Shown one piece after another: positions 1 to 12,668 of a stretch of 64,000 nt of DNA. The stretch lies in the NCBI GenBank assembly GCA_951406725.2, contig OX597824.1:71734001-71798000 (forward strand). The letters run 5' to 3'. The first letter of the stretch is position 1. Every line of letters begins with the position of its first letter. This DNA is from Octopus vulgaris. Taxonomy: Eukaryota. Made by a program: the position numbers and the translations under genes. The notes beneath the pieces were generated by a model, which worked only from the letters and a program-made list of their open reading frames with translations, ran no database searches and was not told where the DNA came from.

Positions 1-32
1 GTTGTTGACATAAGAGAAGGAAGATACATTAC

Positions 33-133
33 CTGCAGTGGAGGTGAAGATGTGTAGCCATTGGAGATGACAAATGTGATTCTGTAGTCAGGCCGAGGCG
101 TGAACATAGACCATGGGTCACAGATATCAAGGG
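33..133 (-). CDS. ZFYVE26: ZFYVE26 exon 19 (gene continues beyond the window)
   Basis: TTGACAG|CC..CAG|GTAATG, 101 nt, phase 1 to 0. LDICDPWSMFTPRPDYRITFVISNGYTSSPPLQ. Confidence 0.87.
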
Positions 134-1053
134 CTGTCAAGAAAAAAATAGTCTCATAAATTGATATCTTACATCTGAAAGGTAATGAATATATAGTGGA
201 ACAACAACAACAGTGGCAGTGGTGGTAGTAGAGCCACTACTACCACTACCACATTCACCATCATCATCATCAGCAACAGTATTTTGGGTCATCACAGTAT
301 GAAATATCTTTTAGTTGAAGTTATTACCCATCTGTCATGTAAGTTTAATTTTCTATGGCCAGATGTCCTTCTTATCACCAACCACTTAATAGAGTGTACT
401 GGGTGCATCTTATCTAGGTACCACAACTAGAGAATTTGTCATGTCAACAACAGCAACAAAAACAAGAATAATGGTCTGTAATTCAGGCACAGTTTTGTTG
501 TTCTGTGCTCATCTCAGGAAGGCCTGGTTGATGGCACTTCCATGCCTATAGAGTTTGCCTTGAACTGGCAATGCCCACTGGTAGCACAGCCAGGCCAGAG
601 AGTTCTCTGGAATATATCAGCCAGCTGATTCTCATCAATGCCTAGATTTTCCCTGGCAATAGATCAAGGGACAAAAACAGAAATTTCCATGGAGTCAACA
701 ATGGTGTTAATGGTGAAGATGATAAGGAAGTACAAACACACACATACTTATATACAACAAGCTTCTTTCAGTTAATGTCTATCAAATTCACGCACAAGAC
801 TTAGGTGAGCCTACTTGTTAACCAACCTCAAGAACAATGAAAATTCATTACTATAAACCATTGTCCATATGAACTCCATGGTACCCAATTTGCAGCAAGC
901 TAGACTGAAGCAGGTAACAGAAGAAAGCAACTTTGTCATAGTTTGACAAATAGAGCATCACCTGAGAATCGCTGGCACCTTATTACATTCCAGTTATTGT
1001 GAATATGGATGGTAGGAGACAGAGAGAGGCAGTAGAATGAAGAGAGCACTTAC

Positions 1054-1139
1054 CATCAATACGATCCTCCAAAAGCCCTCCTAATAGACCAGGGCGTGGA
1101 AGTCCATTTCTCAAGAGAATGTATCTCAAATCGAAAATA
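1054..1139 (-). CDS. ZFYVE26: ZFYVE26 exon 18
   Basis: TTTTGTAG|T..G|GTAAGT, 86 nt, phase 2 to 1. SIFDLRYILLRNGLPRPGLLGGLLEDRID. Confidence 0.87.
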
Positions 1140-1714
1140 CTACAAAACAAAATTAAAATAAAACAAACAATATAAGAACTAAATAACTTAAAGTGGTTGG
1201 TTGGTTGGGTTGTTAGTTGGCTGGTTGGTTAGATTCAACATAAAACTCCATGTATAATATACACATTTTTCACCAGAACCAAGATTAAAATTAATTATGC
1301 AAGATGTGCATAATATATATTATTAAATGATATAGTTCACATTCACTTTCATAATGATATAGGATAATAAGGTAATAATATTTTATTATTTTTCAGATTA
1401 TATTTAATTACATAAAATATTTTATGTAAAAGTAAATATTAAAAATGAATATATTGGTATTTTACATATAGGAGGATTATCTACTCTTGAAGCAGTTAAG
1501 CAACACCGTATAGTATACACAACAGTTTAGGCCCCCAACAATAGCAAGATGTGTATGATATATGATAGCATATTATACATGGACATATATGATAATTAAT
1601 GTGATAGGTCTATTGTGATTGACAGGTGGAATGCAGTGTAGTATGTTGTGGTGTGATGTCATGTGTTACAGCTGGCATTTTTCATTGGCTATTAGATAAG
1701 TCTCAGTATCTTAA

Positions 1715-1934
1715 CCCTTTCGTTACCAACCCGGTTGAAACCGGCTTTGGCTCTAAGTACAAATGTCTTGTTTTCATAAGTTTTGAATTAAAATCTTCCA
1801 GCAAACTGTAGTCAAAATTTATGTTCCTAACACTAGCTGAATGATAACTAAGTTATTTTACTAAATTCTTTGTTATATTTAAAGTAATTGAAAGAAACAC
1901 AGAGCATCTCAAAATAAATACAGTAACGAAAGGG
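1715..1934. mobile_element. piggyBac-like MITE
   Basis: TTAA|CCCTTTCGTTAC...GTAACGAAAGGG|TTAG; same family as 22970 and 37084. Confidence 0.8.
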
Positions 1935-2336
1935 TTAGTATAAAAGAACAAAATATAAGCTTCTATCAAGCCAACACTATAACCACTTTGTTACCTTGTT
2001 GATGTAATTCTCTCTTCTCTCACATGACTGACTAATGGGAAAGGCAAGAACATTTCAATTCCAATTTTGCTTCGTTAAATAAAAACATGTCTTAAACCTT
2101 ATACATGTATGTGGAAGTGTACATATTAGTGTGTATATATAATGTTATCTATTCATAGCAGGTATCAGTTATGCTAGCACAGTCATGAACAGGATGTACT
2201 GTTAAAGATGTGAATGAGCGTCACTATTTTTGTTCAGACAGTGATGATGCCAACACACAGAAACAAGTACACACACACACATGTTTTCTGTGCTGTTTTC
2301 ATCTATTAGTTTCACACATTATTTAATATATTAATG

Positions 2337-2705
2337 AAGTTGTGTGCCTGTCTCCTACGATTTAGATTCCTAACTACTCCCACATTTTGCGGTGCAGTTT
2401 AACTATCTTATAGTCGTGATTCATATCAAGCCCTTCTGGGTATTAGCGCGCGTCTACGATGAGTCTACGATTTAAAAAAATTTACCCTCATTTTTTTCCA
2501 TTTTAATGCATTTTTTCGCTATTATATAAGGGAAGTAACTCTCTAAAAATGTCTACGATGAGTCACCGATTTAAAAAAAAATTTACCATAATTTTTTTCC
2601 CATTTTTAATGCATTTTTTTTGCTATTTTTTGGCTATAACTCTTTAAAAATGCTTATATAGTTATTTCCCTTACAAACCCAAGGAACGCCGGGCGATACT
2701 GCTAG
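2337..2705 (+). mobile_element. Helitron-like non-autonomous element
   Basis: CpG-rich, has an internal duplication (GTCTACGATGAGTC..CGATTTAAAAAAA), and ends CGCCGGGCG..TACTGCTAG|T. Confidence 0.55.
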
Positions 2706-3489
2706 TTTAATATATTAATGTTCTCAACTGTTCTCTCTCTCTCCCTCTCTCTCTTTCTCCCTCTCTCTCTCTCTCTCTTTCAGCCCATTCATGGTTTTAC
2801 AGAAGTTAACATTACACATCCAATGCATCATATTCAACTCATTTCTCTCCAATCTCTGCAGATCTTCCACATTTAATGCTAATAACTAACGATCATACTG
2901 CATTATACATGTTCAGCACATTTCATGGCATCTGTCTTCAAAGTTCAGGTGTGATTCACACTGGAGTACAATTCTCATATCTAGGTCAGTACTGCTGCTA
3001 CATACATGCATGCACAAGCACACACACATGCATACACAAATTTCCTAAGCTGTACTTCAAAAAGAAATGGCTATCTATCTAATTACAGTGTGTCTATAAA
3101 GCGTATCTCCATCACCACTGCCACCACCACCATCACTACTATTACAACAATAGTTTCTATTATCAACTAGTAAACCTGCACACCACCTCTATCAGCCAGC
3201 TATTGTTCCTGCCTCTCTTTTCATCATCCCTACTCTGTCTTAACCTTCAAACACCACAAAACTCTTTATCAACCATCCATACCCAGATTTCAACCCTTGG
3301 TAAATCTCTGTCTGCAGACATTCAAACAGAACAACAACTTTTTAGAGAGAGAAACCTTTTACAAGAACACAGTGAAATTCTTTCAATCTCTGATAAAAAT
3401 TTTACATGGAAAATTCTAACAGTGAGCCACAAGAGTAAATTCAATTTAATGAAGCTATGTGAAGGAAGATGAAAGTGTTTTGGTCTTAC

Positions 3490-3632
3490 CTGACAATTCC
3501 TAGTTGCCCAACTTGATAACCATATCGACTCAGCCAGATGATACGATCAATACTGTTGTTGTCACTCCATAGACCAGAATGACTCCCAGCATGCAACATT
3601 TCTTTCAAGGTGTCCCAGCATTGTTGCTGCTC
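3490..3632 (-). CDS. ZFYVE26: ZFYVE26 exon 17
   Basis: TTCTAG|GAG..AG|GTAAG, 143 nt, phase 0 to 2. EQQQCWDTLKEML...IDRIIWLSRYGYQVGQLGIV. Confidence 0.87.
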
Positions 3633-5475
3633 CTAGAATTTACAAAAAATATAAATAAAAATCATTACAGGTGGAGTGAGAAGGGCTGAAGAAGATAAAA
3701 AACTTAAATCATATTGACAGGCAAATTACAGGTTAGAATGCCTATCTACAGAACTAGACGCATCATGAGTTTAAATAAAATCTAAATAGGTGACAAATTG
3801 CAATAATCAAGAATAACACTAAGATGACATTCAAGATTTTGGTGCGATGCTACAAAATACCAGCTATTTTCATCTTGTATCAAGAACATCTTACTCTATA
3901 GGTTGGTTTATAAGGCAGTACATTTTACAGGGAGCTTTTTTCACTAATGTAATTGTATCACTTTTTTTTTATCAGTGCTAGTATTAAATATTCAAAGAAT
4001 GTTTGATATAGTGTAAGATATTAGCTATGGACTATGTACACATTCGGTACATACTGGATGCTTTTTTTATGACAGCTTTATACAAGGTGTTGAAAGACTA
4101 ACGTATAATAGAGGAACAAGCACTGGTGTCATGCTCTATAAAAGAGTACACAACCAACACTAGTGAGGTCATCAAGTAACTTACAAGACAAAGAAAAAGA
4201 ACCCTCAACTGATTGAAATTGTAATAGAAAGAGAAGTGGTTTTATATAAGCATTGGGAGACTAAAGTATGATAGAAGAAAAGACATTGGTGTCATGCTAC
4301 AGAGAAGATACATGGCTACTCTGCATTATATAAAAATGGGAGCAGCTGGAAAGAAGATGGCGACAATGAGGGATCAAGGCATGCACCCAAGATACAAGAG
4401 AGTATAAGAGAGAATATGTACAGAAAATTGGGAAGGTGGGTAAGTTCACAAGGACATGTGAGGAGACTGACAGATAGCTATAGATGGATGTAGTGAATGA
4501 TGAACAAGGAAAAAGTGTGATCAATGGTAAGTATTAGTAAAGTGGGGAAAGGTGAAAGATATAGGAGTGGCTTAGGAAACGGGAGGTGATAAAGGGCAGT
4601 ACAGGAAGGGTAGAGAGTAGAAGTACAATAAATCTGTAGATAGATCAGAAAATAGAGATGATGTGCAAGGTGGGAGAGTGATGGATGAGAAAGAAAGATA
4701 AAGACATGCACAGTGACAGAGATAGCCATCAGAGGTATGAAAGAGTGACATTTGGGAGGAAGGGACTCTGTTCAAATCCTTCACAGGGTTCTCAAGGTCT
4801 GATGGATCTTGCGAATCCTTTGGTTGCAAACCTATCCTTATTAGAAAACCACTGGAGATGGAGGTTTTTGATGACAGATATGAGAGGGTGTTGAGAATGA
4901 CAGCAGATATGAGAGGGTGTTAAGGATGAGGTATAATCACAGCAATTCAGATAAAATCACACCTCTGGTTCTTTAATACAGAACCTCTCATTTTAAAACT
5001 TTTAAATTAAAACTATTTCTGTTTAAAAATTTTAATATCATAATACAAATTAAAAAAGTTAATAAATTTTACTAAATCCCTTCAAATTCTTGATTATTTT
5101 CAGAATTAACTGAAACACACCAACAATGTATTTCTTCAGATATATATTCACAAAATGGTTAAACTATGAAGAAAAACCCTTGAAAATGTAGTAAAATAGA
5201 AACAAGGATCTGCTCCCTGGACCTGCACTAACCATCACACTCAGTAATTCTTCCCCAAATGTCTACTGCCTGAGATTTCTTTCTTGTCAATGGTTTTTCA
5301 ACAAGCATAGGTTTGCAACTAAAGGATTCGCAAGATCCATCAGATCTTGGGAATCCTGTGAAAGACTTGAACAGAGTCCCTTCCTCCCAAATGAAACCAT
5401 AAAAAAATAAACTAAAATAAAGCAAAAAAGCTAAGTAAAACAAACAAAATAACATAAAAGGGATGATTTACTTAC

Positions 5476-5690
5476 AGCTTGAATAGCAATATACATGTAA
5501 CTGTGGATGATAAGAACATTGACAAGGTTGGTTAAAAAACAGGTGAGCTCTATCTGATTTAGTTGGCTCAGATCAATATCACGGAAGTTGACAGTTTTGT
5601 CCAATGTCTTGCTGATACGGGTTGACTTCACTGCCTCTTGTAAACAGTCTGCATTGAAACCATTCTTGCCGCTATGTTTTGGAGACAAAT
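5476..5690 (-). CDS. ZFYVE26: ZFYVE26 exon 16 (start of DUF547-like domain)
   Basis: TCTTTAG|AT..GCT|GTAAGT, 215 nt, phase 1 to 0. ...IDLSQLNQIELTCFLTNLVNVLIIHSY. Confidence 0.87.
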
Positions 5691-6120
5691 CTAAAGAAGA
5701 TGGGAGTAAACAATTTGACAATTTGAAAAAATGAAAAAATAATTCTGAAAGAAAATTTTAGAAAACATAAAAACTGGCTATAATTTTTGTTGTTCTGGTT
5801 ATTGTTCTCAAAATATTATGTAAAGGCTATTTTAAAGAGTATCAGATATTTAATCCCTTGTTTCATATATATATGTATGTATATACAGTAATGGTGGTGC
5901 CCCAATATACCTACGGCTTATAGGCTGAAATGAGTAAACATAAAACATACATATAGGTACGGGTATGGCTGTGAGGTTAAGAAGTTCACTTTTCAATCAT
6001 GCAGTTTCAAGTTCAGTCCCACTAAATGACACCTTGGGCAAGTGTCTTCTACTAAAGCCCCAGGCCAACCAATGGTTTGTGAGTGAGTTTTGTAGACAGA
6101 ATGTTGTGTTAGCAGTGAAA

Positions 6121-6274
6121 TCTCCACAGATTTTCTATAGAATTCAGAGCCAGCACTTTAAGTTACAATGTTTCATATAATTTTTTTGATCACATTTTTT
6201 ACATAGACATATTTGTTTATGAAACATTGTAACTTGCAGTACTGGCTCTGAATTCTATAGGAAGTCTATAGAGA
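6121..6274. repeat. Inverted-repeat hairpin (about 60-bp arms)
   Basis: CTATAGAATTCAGAGCCAG..AAGTTACAATGTTTCATA pairs with TATGAAACATTGTAACTT..CTGGCTCTGAATTCTATAG. Confidence 0.8.
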
Positions 6275-6332
6275 TAAACTTGAAAATGACAGACAGACGC
6301 ACGCATGCATGCATGCGCGCACACACACACAC

Positions 6333-7195
6333 ATTACATGGAAAAATGCGAGCAAGAGAAATAATATTCTTAAGATTATAAACCTGGAAAAGTACAGGAC
6401 AAGTTATTTCACTTGGAAGAGTTCAGGACAATTTATTACACCAGGTAAAGTACAGAACAAAAAGATTTTTACTTAAAATATTGCAGCTAAGGATAAAATT
6501 TCAAATAAAATGTTTAGATTTAGAAAATATTAGCTTTTATTAAACTAAAATTTTATAACAAGTTATTACTTCTATTTGTTATTAATTTTTACTTCTATTA
6601 AAAATTAAAAATAACTCAATTCAAATATTTTTTGTACTTTAAAAAGATTCATTTTTTAAAAATATTAATTAATAATTAAAAATTTGAAAGTCGGTTATAA
6701 AAAATAATAGTAGTACATAATTAGTTAATAAAATAAATAGAATAATACAAAAATTAGTTATATATTATGGTAAAATCTATCTATAACAATAAATTCACAG
6801 TAAAATTTGCTTGAGTTACTGCCTAAGTTATTGCCAAGTCTTCACACTTTTAGTCTTGACCCAATACCAATCTTTTACATAATGAATTTACCTACCATAT
6901 ATACTATTCTACTTTGCATAAAACTTTAATCATATTGGTACTTCTGGCTCTCATTTTTTAAGTATTCTAGTGTGTCAATATTTTAACAAAATGATGGTAC
7001 CTTTTTTAATTATAATGTTACTTTGTAAATTAAAATCAAATAATTTTTGATATTCAAATTTTATCCTTAGCTGCAATATTTTAAGTGAAAATTTTCTTGT
7101 TCTGTACTTTACCAGATGTAATAACTTGTTCTGTACTTTTCCAGGTTTATAATCTTAAAAATATCATTTCTCTTGCTCACATTTTTCCATGTAAT
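6333..7195. mobile_element. Foldback element with about 180-bp terminal inverted repeats
   Basis: ATTACATGGAAAAATGCGAGCAAGAGAAAT..AATATTGCAGCTAAGGATAAAATTT is mirrored at about 7035-7195 around an AT-rich core. Confidence 0.75.
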
Positions 7196-8151
7196 CCATG
7201 TTTTGGCCAGGCTATGTTATTATGCTAATTAATAATGTGTCAAATAATAATTTAAGATTTTACCATAGTGAAAATTACCTCAATGATACTGGTGACATAT
7301 ATTAAAAGTCCCCTTATCATCGTTTAATGTTTGCTTTCTATGCTGGCATGGGTTGGATGGTTTGACTGAGGTCTGGAGAGCCAGAGGCTGCACCAGGCTC
7401 CAATCTGATCTGGCAATGTTTCTACAGCTGGATGCCCTTCCTAATGTCAACCACTCCGAGAGTGTAGTGGGTGCTTTTTACATGCCACCAGCACAGGAGC
7501 CAGTCAGATGAGCCTGGCATCGATCATGTTCAGATAGTCCTTTTTACATGCCATTGGCATGGGGGCCAGTCATGGGGTACTGGCATCGGCCACGTTCGGA
7601 TGGTGCTTTTTACGTGCCACTAGCACAGAACTATATTCATAAAGAAGTATAGAACTATATTATCACCCTCAAATTTGAGAAACAAACACTCATAACTTTT
7701 TCTTTTAAAACTTCAGGGGAGAAGCACTGCAAAACAGACACACCACTTGGCAGTATGACCTCACGGTAAGATGCCAGTTGGTGGACTGGTGCCTTAGTGT
7801 CTTCTAGTGGTGAAAGCTTGAACTACAATAGGCTTGAACCACAGAGAACATTTCCAGTTACTTTTGGGTATTGCTTTGTATATATGCATGTAAGTATTTG
7901 TGGGTGTCTTTGTGCTTGTGTTTGTGTCTTCCTACCCACTGCTTGATAATTAGCATTTGTTTCTTTATGTCTCCATAGGTTAGTGGTTCAGCAAAAGAGA
8001 CCAATAAAATTGTCTTTTTCGCCACACTGCTAAGTTATGGGGACATATACAAAACCTACACCAAAATTTAAACATAAGAAAATTTTAATATTTGATTTAG
8101 AATGATAAATAGTAAATGTACAGTAGTAATGCTAACTTAATGACAACATAC

Positions 8152-8274
8152 CTTTCATAGCGTGAACCAAATTTGTAAGTATTGTCCTTACATCTTTCTC
8201 GGCATTACTTGATGATGTTGAAGCACCTTTGTTGTTCAAAACAATCACTCCTCCAAAGGAATTTCCAGAAAGAT
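8152..8274 (-). CDS. ZFYVE26: ZFYVE26 exon 15
   Basis: TTCTAG|AT..G|GTATGT, 123 nt, phase 1 to 1. LSGNSFGGVIVLNNKGASTSSSNAEKDVRTILTNLVHAMK. Confidence 0.82.
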
Positions 8275-8700
8275 CTAGAACATTGCAAATTTGCAATAGT
8301 TATGAGAATTTCAAATAAAACAAATTAGTAAATATTCAACAAAATCAGGCTAACAAAACAATGACTCTCTCTAGACACATCAAAATACATTTGAACCAAA
8401 AAAGCCAAAAAAAAAAAAAAAAACAAGCAACTATTACTCTTGTTTCAGTTATTAGACTGTGGCCATGCTGGGGCACTGCCTTGAAAGGTTTCAGTCAATC
8501 ATATTGACCCCACAAATTATTTTTAAGTCAAGTACTTAATTAGCAATTGCTGCTCACTGAATTGCTAAGTTACAGGGTATAAACACAGACATTCTTTTTC
8601 ATTTATTTCAAACACAAACACACACACATTGATTTCATCATCATTTCTTAATGTCCACTTTTCATGCTCATATAGGTCAGAGGAGTTCCCTGCGCCAGAG

Positions 8701-8760
8701 GCTTAAATGATGCTTAAATGAAGGCTTAAATGATGCTTAAATGAAGGCTTAAATGATGCA
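8701..8760. repeat. Minisatellite (GCTTAAATGA-T/AG)x5
   Basis: Read directly from the sequence. Confidence 0.85.
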
Positions 8761-9574
8761 AAGTGCATTGTGACCAGCAATGTGTAACAACATCTGATAG
8801 TCTGGTTGGTCATGTGATCGCATGTTACCTATTTCTAACAGCTAGGTACATTATAGAAAACGATGGCCGTTTTATATAAAGTCATCTGCCTGAGTATATA
8901 TACATATATACTACTACTACTACTACATTGGTGGCATCATCATTATCATCATACAATGTCCACTTTTGACGATTGAGGGTCATGTGGAATTCAATGAGGC
9001 AGATTTTCTATGGCCAGATGCCTTGCCCATCACTAACTCTCACCTGTTACCAAGCAAGACATGTGGTCAGATATGTCTTCCATGGAAGACTGGAAATGGC
9101 AGATGCTCATTTACAAACATTACATTATGCCAAGACAAAGGGTGCACACACACCCCCACACACACAAGATAGACTTCTTTCAATTTCAGTCTATCAAATC
9201 CACTAATCGACTTGTAAGGCTTTAATCGACCCAGTGCTATAGTTGAAGACACAAGCCAAAAGTAATGCGTAGTGGGATTGAGTCTGAACTACATGGTTGT
9301 GAAGCAAATTTCTCAACCATACAAACATGCCTTTTCAATAATTTCTCATTTGAGAAATACAGAAATGTAACCTTACATTAAAGGTAAAATAACCAAAGTC
9401 GATAAAAGTATAAGTAATATGTGAGAAGCAGTAAAACATTTATCACTTCCATCCTCTCCTCAGTGTTGCTACTCCCATCATCATCATCACTGCATACAAA
9501 TGAGAGATTGAAGAAAGAAGCAAAATCTTTTTTAAACTCCTAAAATTGATTTGATATTCAAAGATAACACTTAC

Positions 9575-9693
9575 CATGACATGGCAACTTTATTTCACCT
9601 GACGACTGATGTTTGCTGAGAATTTTGGGACAGCAGTTGTGGACAATGACATGAGTAAGGTTAAGGCTTAAATCTTCAGCAACTTTCTCAAGT
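9575..9693 (-). CDS. ZFYVE26: ZFYVE26 exon 14
   Basis: TTTATCAG|A..G|GTAAG, 119 nt, phase 2 to 1. LEKVAEDLSLNLTHVIVHNCCPKI resembles LSLSVPQVIVSCCCEPL. Confidence 0.88.
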
Positions 9694-9935
9694 CTGATAA
9701 AGAATGGATGAACGAAAAGAGAAACAGATAATTATTTGAAATGTTATTTAAAATGTTGTTATGAAACATCAGATCAGTCCATATTGAATGCATTCATTGC
9801 TTTACAGTATGTTTTTCCATGCTGTGAAGCCTGGCATTCTCAGATAACCACTCCCATTTTTTTTCCATACTTAACTGTTTAGTTAAATTCTTTTATCCTT
9901 CTACCTGGTTATATATATATATATATATATATATA

Positions 9936-10186
9936 TTGGGTTGGTGCATAATTATTGCGGCTTTTATCAATAAATTTTATTCAACAAAAACAATAACAAT
10001 ATTCAACAAAAACATCTTTAAATGATGGTCTGACCATCTGCCAAGCAAATGGGAAACAGTAATTGAAGTAGATGGTGAATATGCTTTGGAATAATCATTT
10101 AAAATTGTTTTTGTTACATGTGGTTATTGTTTTTGGTGAATAAAATTTGTTGAAAAAAAAGCCACAATAATTATGCACCAAGCCAA
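9936..10186. mobile_element. Mariner-like MITE
   Basis: TIR TTGGGTTGGTGCATAATTATTGCGGCTTT and AAAGCCACAATAATTATGCACCAAGCCAA, set in (TA)n. Confidence 0.8.
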
Positions 10187-10593
10187 TATATATATATATG
10201 TACATGTACATATGTATGTATGTACTCGCACACACACACACACATAAAGTTTTATCCACCAATTCCACTCACAGCCATTTCTCAATCCAAGCTGCAGAAG
10301 ATGATATTTGTCCAAGGTGCCATACAGTGAGATAGAAATTAAGACCACATGGATACAAAATGAACTTAGTGTCAACAGTCTGTGACTTAGAAACAAAAAA
10401 GTTCACTTCAGGTTGATGTGTACAATGCTTGTAGCAAAAATCTGCTTATCATCATCACAGGTCTACAACTTCATGACAAAATTCAATTGAGATATTTCTC
10501 AAGGACAGACATTACTGTACAAACTCTCTCTTCAAACCAGCTGTACATTGTTCATTGGTTGTGGAAAAAATAAAAAATAAAAAAGCAACTTAC

Positions 10594-10690
10594 TTGTGGG
10601 GAGGTATTCGTTTGCCAAACATCATTTTTCCAATGGTGATAACTGGACCTTCATCCAAGACTTTGAAGTAATTCTTCATAATAGCAGTTT
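10594..10690 (-). CDS. ZFYVE26: ZFYVE26 exon 13
   Basis: CAACAG|AA..AA|GTAAGT, 97 nt, phase 1 to 2. TAIMKNYFKVLDEGPVITIGKMMFGKRIPPH resembles LLFERQVPPER. Confidence 0.87.
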
Positions 10691-11321
10691 CTGTTGGGGA
10701 AGAAAAAGTGATAATCATAAAGCTGTTTCTAATATTGGCACAAAGCCTGAAATTTGTGAGGAGAGGGCTAGTTGATTATACTGACCCCAGTACTTGACTG
10801 GTACTTTATTTTATTGACCTTGGAAAGATGAAAGGCAACGCTGAGTTCAAAGCAGATTTGAACTCAGAACAAATCCTGCAAAGTATTTTTCCAATGCTCT
10901 AACAAATCTATCAACTCCACATTATGGATAATGTGTGTGTTTATTATTTTCAGTTTTTACATAAGAAATCCATCAGAACTATCATTATCATCATTTTAAC
11001 ATCTGCTTTTACATGGTGGCATGGGTTGGACAAGATATGTTGAAGCAGTATTCTATGGCTGGATGTCATTCCTGTCACCAATTTTTATTTGCTTTTTCAA
11101 GTAAGATATTTTTATTCCACTGGTCATCACAATATTCATTGTTACAGATGATGTAAACAAATGGCACAACTGATTAAATGATATCGATATGAAGACATGC
11201 AGAAGCAAACAGATGCACAAAATTGTTATATTAATTAGCAGCATGGAAAGTAATGATGATTTTGGGGAAACTTCAACTTTAACAATTCTAAAATAACAAC
11301 AAGAAGAGAAACAAAGCTTAC

Positions 11322-11434
11322 CAGAACTGTTAGGTTCATTATCATTGAGCAGGTTTGCCAGAATCTGTGTGTGCTTGTATAAACTCAACAAATAGTTTTT
11401 GTAGTTGGTTATCAAAGAATTAGATGAGATTTGT
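11322..11434 (-). CDS. ZFYVE26: ZFYVE26 exon 12
   Basis: TTCCAG|A..G|GTAAG, 113 nt, phase 2 to 1. QISSNSLITNYKNYLLSLYKHTQILANLL. Confidence 0.87.
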
Positions 11435-12426
11435 CTGGAACAGAAGATGTCAGCTTAGAGTAGAAGTCAGCAATTTAATTTTGTAATAGCTCATGTTTGA
11501 TTTATTCATTATCAATTTTTTTTTACATATGCATATCATACATATAAAATATATCACCTCTTTATCTCACCATTTCCATCACTGATAATGCTTATATAAG
11601 CAAAAATTAAACAAATCTTAACACAAAAAACTATGTAAGAGTCATAAACAGCTCATTGGCTCAAGAATATGTTATATTCAAAAAAATTTTTTTAATGGCT
11701 CGAGGCCACAGAAATTACATCAGTGACCCACTTGGGGACCAAGGCCCACCCTATTGCTTTATGGTGTACTGGGATGCTTTTTAAGCGGGACTATCACCAG
11801 TGCTTTTCCTGTGGCACCAGCATCCACACCAATGCGTTTTATGTGGAACTTTAGTTTTAGGATCTCAATTCTGTTGTGGTGGGCAGGTCTATAACCACAA
11901 ATATTCCTAGATGATCAAGCAACTACTCCCAACTGTTAGGTGACCGGTGACAAAGTAAAGTTTCTAGAGACAAGTAGCTGAGTTTCACCTCTTCTCTATG
12001 ATGGGTAGTGGATTACAAAAATGTAAGATTCCCAGATGATCTGAAATAGCTAGTGAACAATTAAGCAATGAAGAATTAGCAAAATCTCTGCCCACATGAA
12101 GCAAGGTGTGACTAACATGGAAATTAATAACGAATTTCACAATAAAAAAAATATATATTCTTGCTTTGAAAGTATGTAGAGTTAGAAAAAGTTAATAAAT
12201 GTGAATATAACTTAAAAAGGAGTGATTGAGTGATAGAGAGACAGATAGATGTAGATATAGGTATATGCATATATATATATATATACAGAAAAAGAGAGAG
12301 AGAGACGAGAGGCCTGCCTGCCTAGCTAGTGGGGTGACGCCATTTGAAAGCGAATAACAATGCAAAGTGCAATAACATCTGATAGTCTGGTTGGTCATGT
12401 AATCACATGATATATGTGAAAATATA

Positions 12427-12466
<40 letters not shown>

Positions 12467-12668
12467 GCTGAAATTTATAGAAAAATAAAAGACAAAGATA
12501 GGTGTATGAACAACAAGCAAGTCTATTAGTTTGACACTCAGGAAAATGAAAATGTCTTTTACGTTTTGAGCCTACGCTCTTCAACAGAAAGGAATAAGAG
12601 AAAATAAACAAGGAGAGAACGAAAAAAACTTTCAGCAGTCCAATGTGTGTATATACATATATATATAT

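Noticed and set aside
1-133. FYVE domain of ZFYVE26
   Set aside because: No R(R/K)HHCR motif was found in the window; it is expected in exons beyond the left edge.
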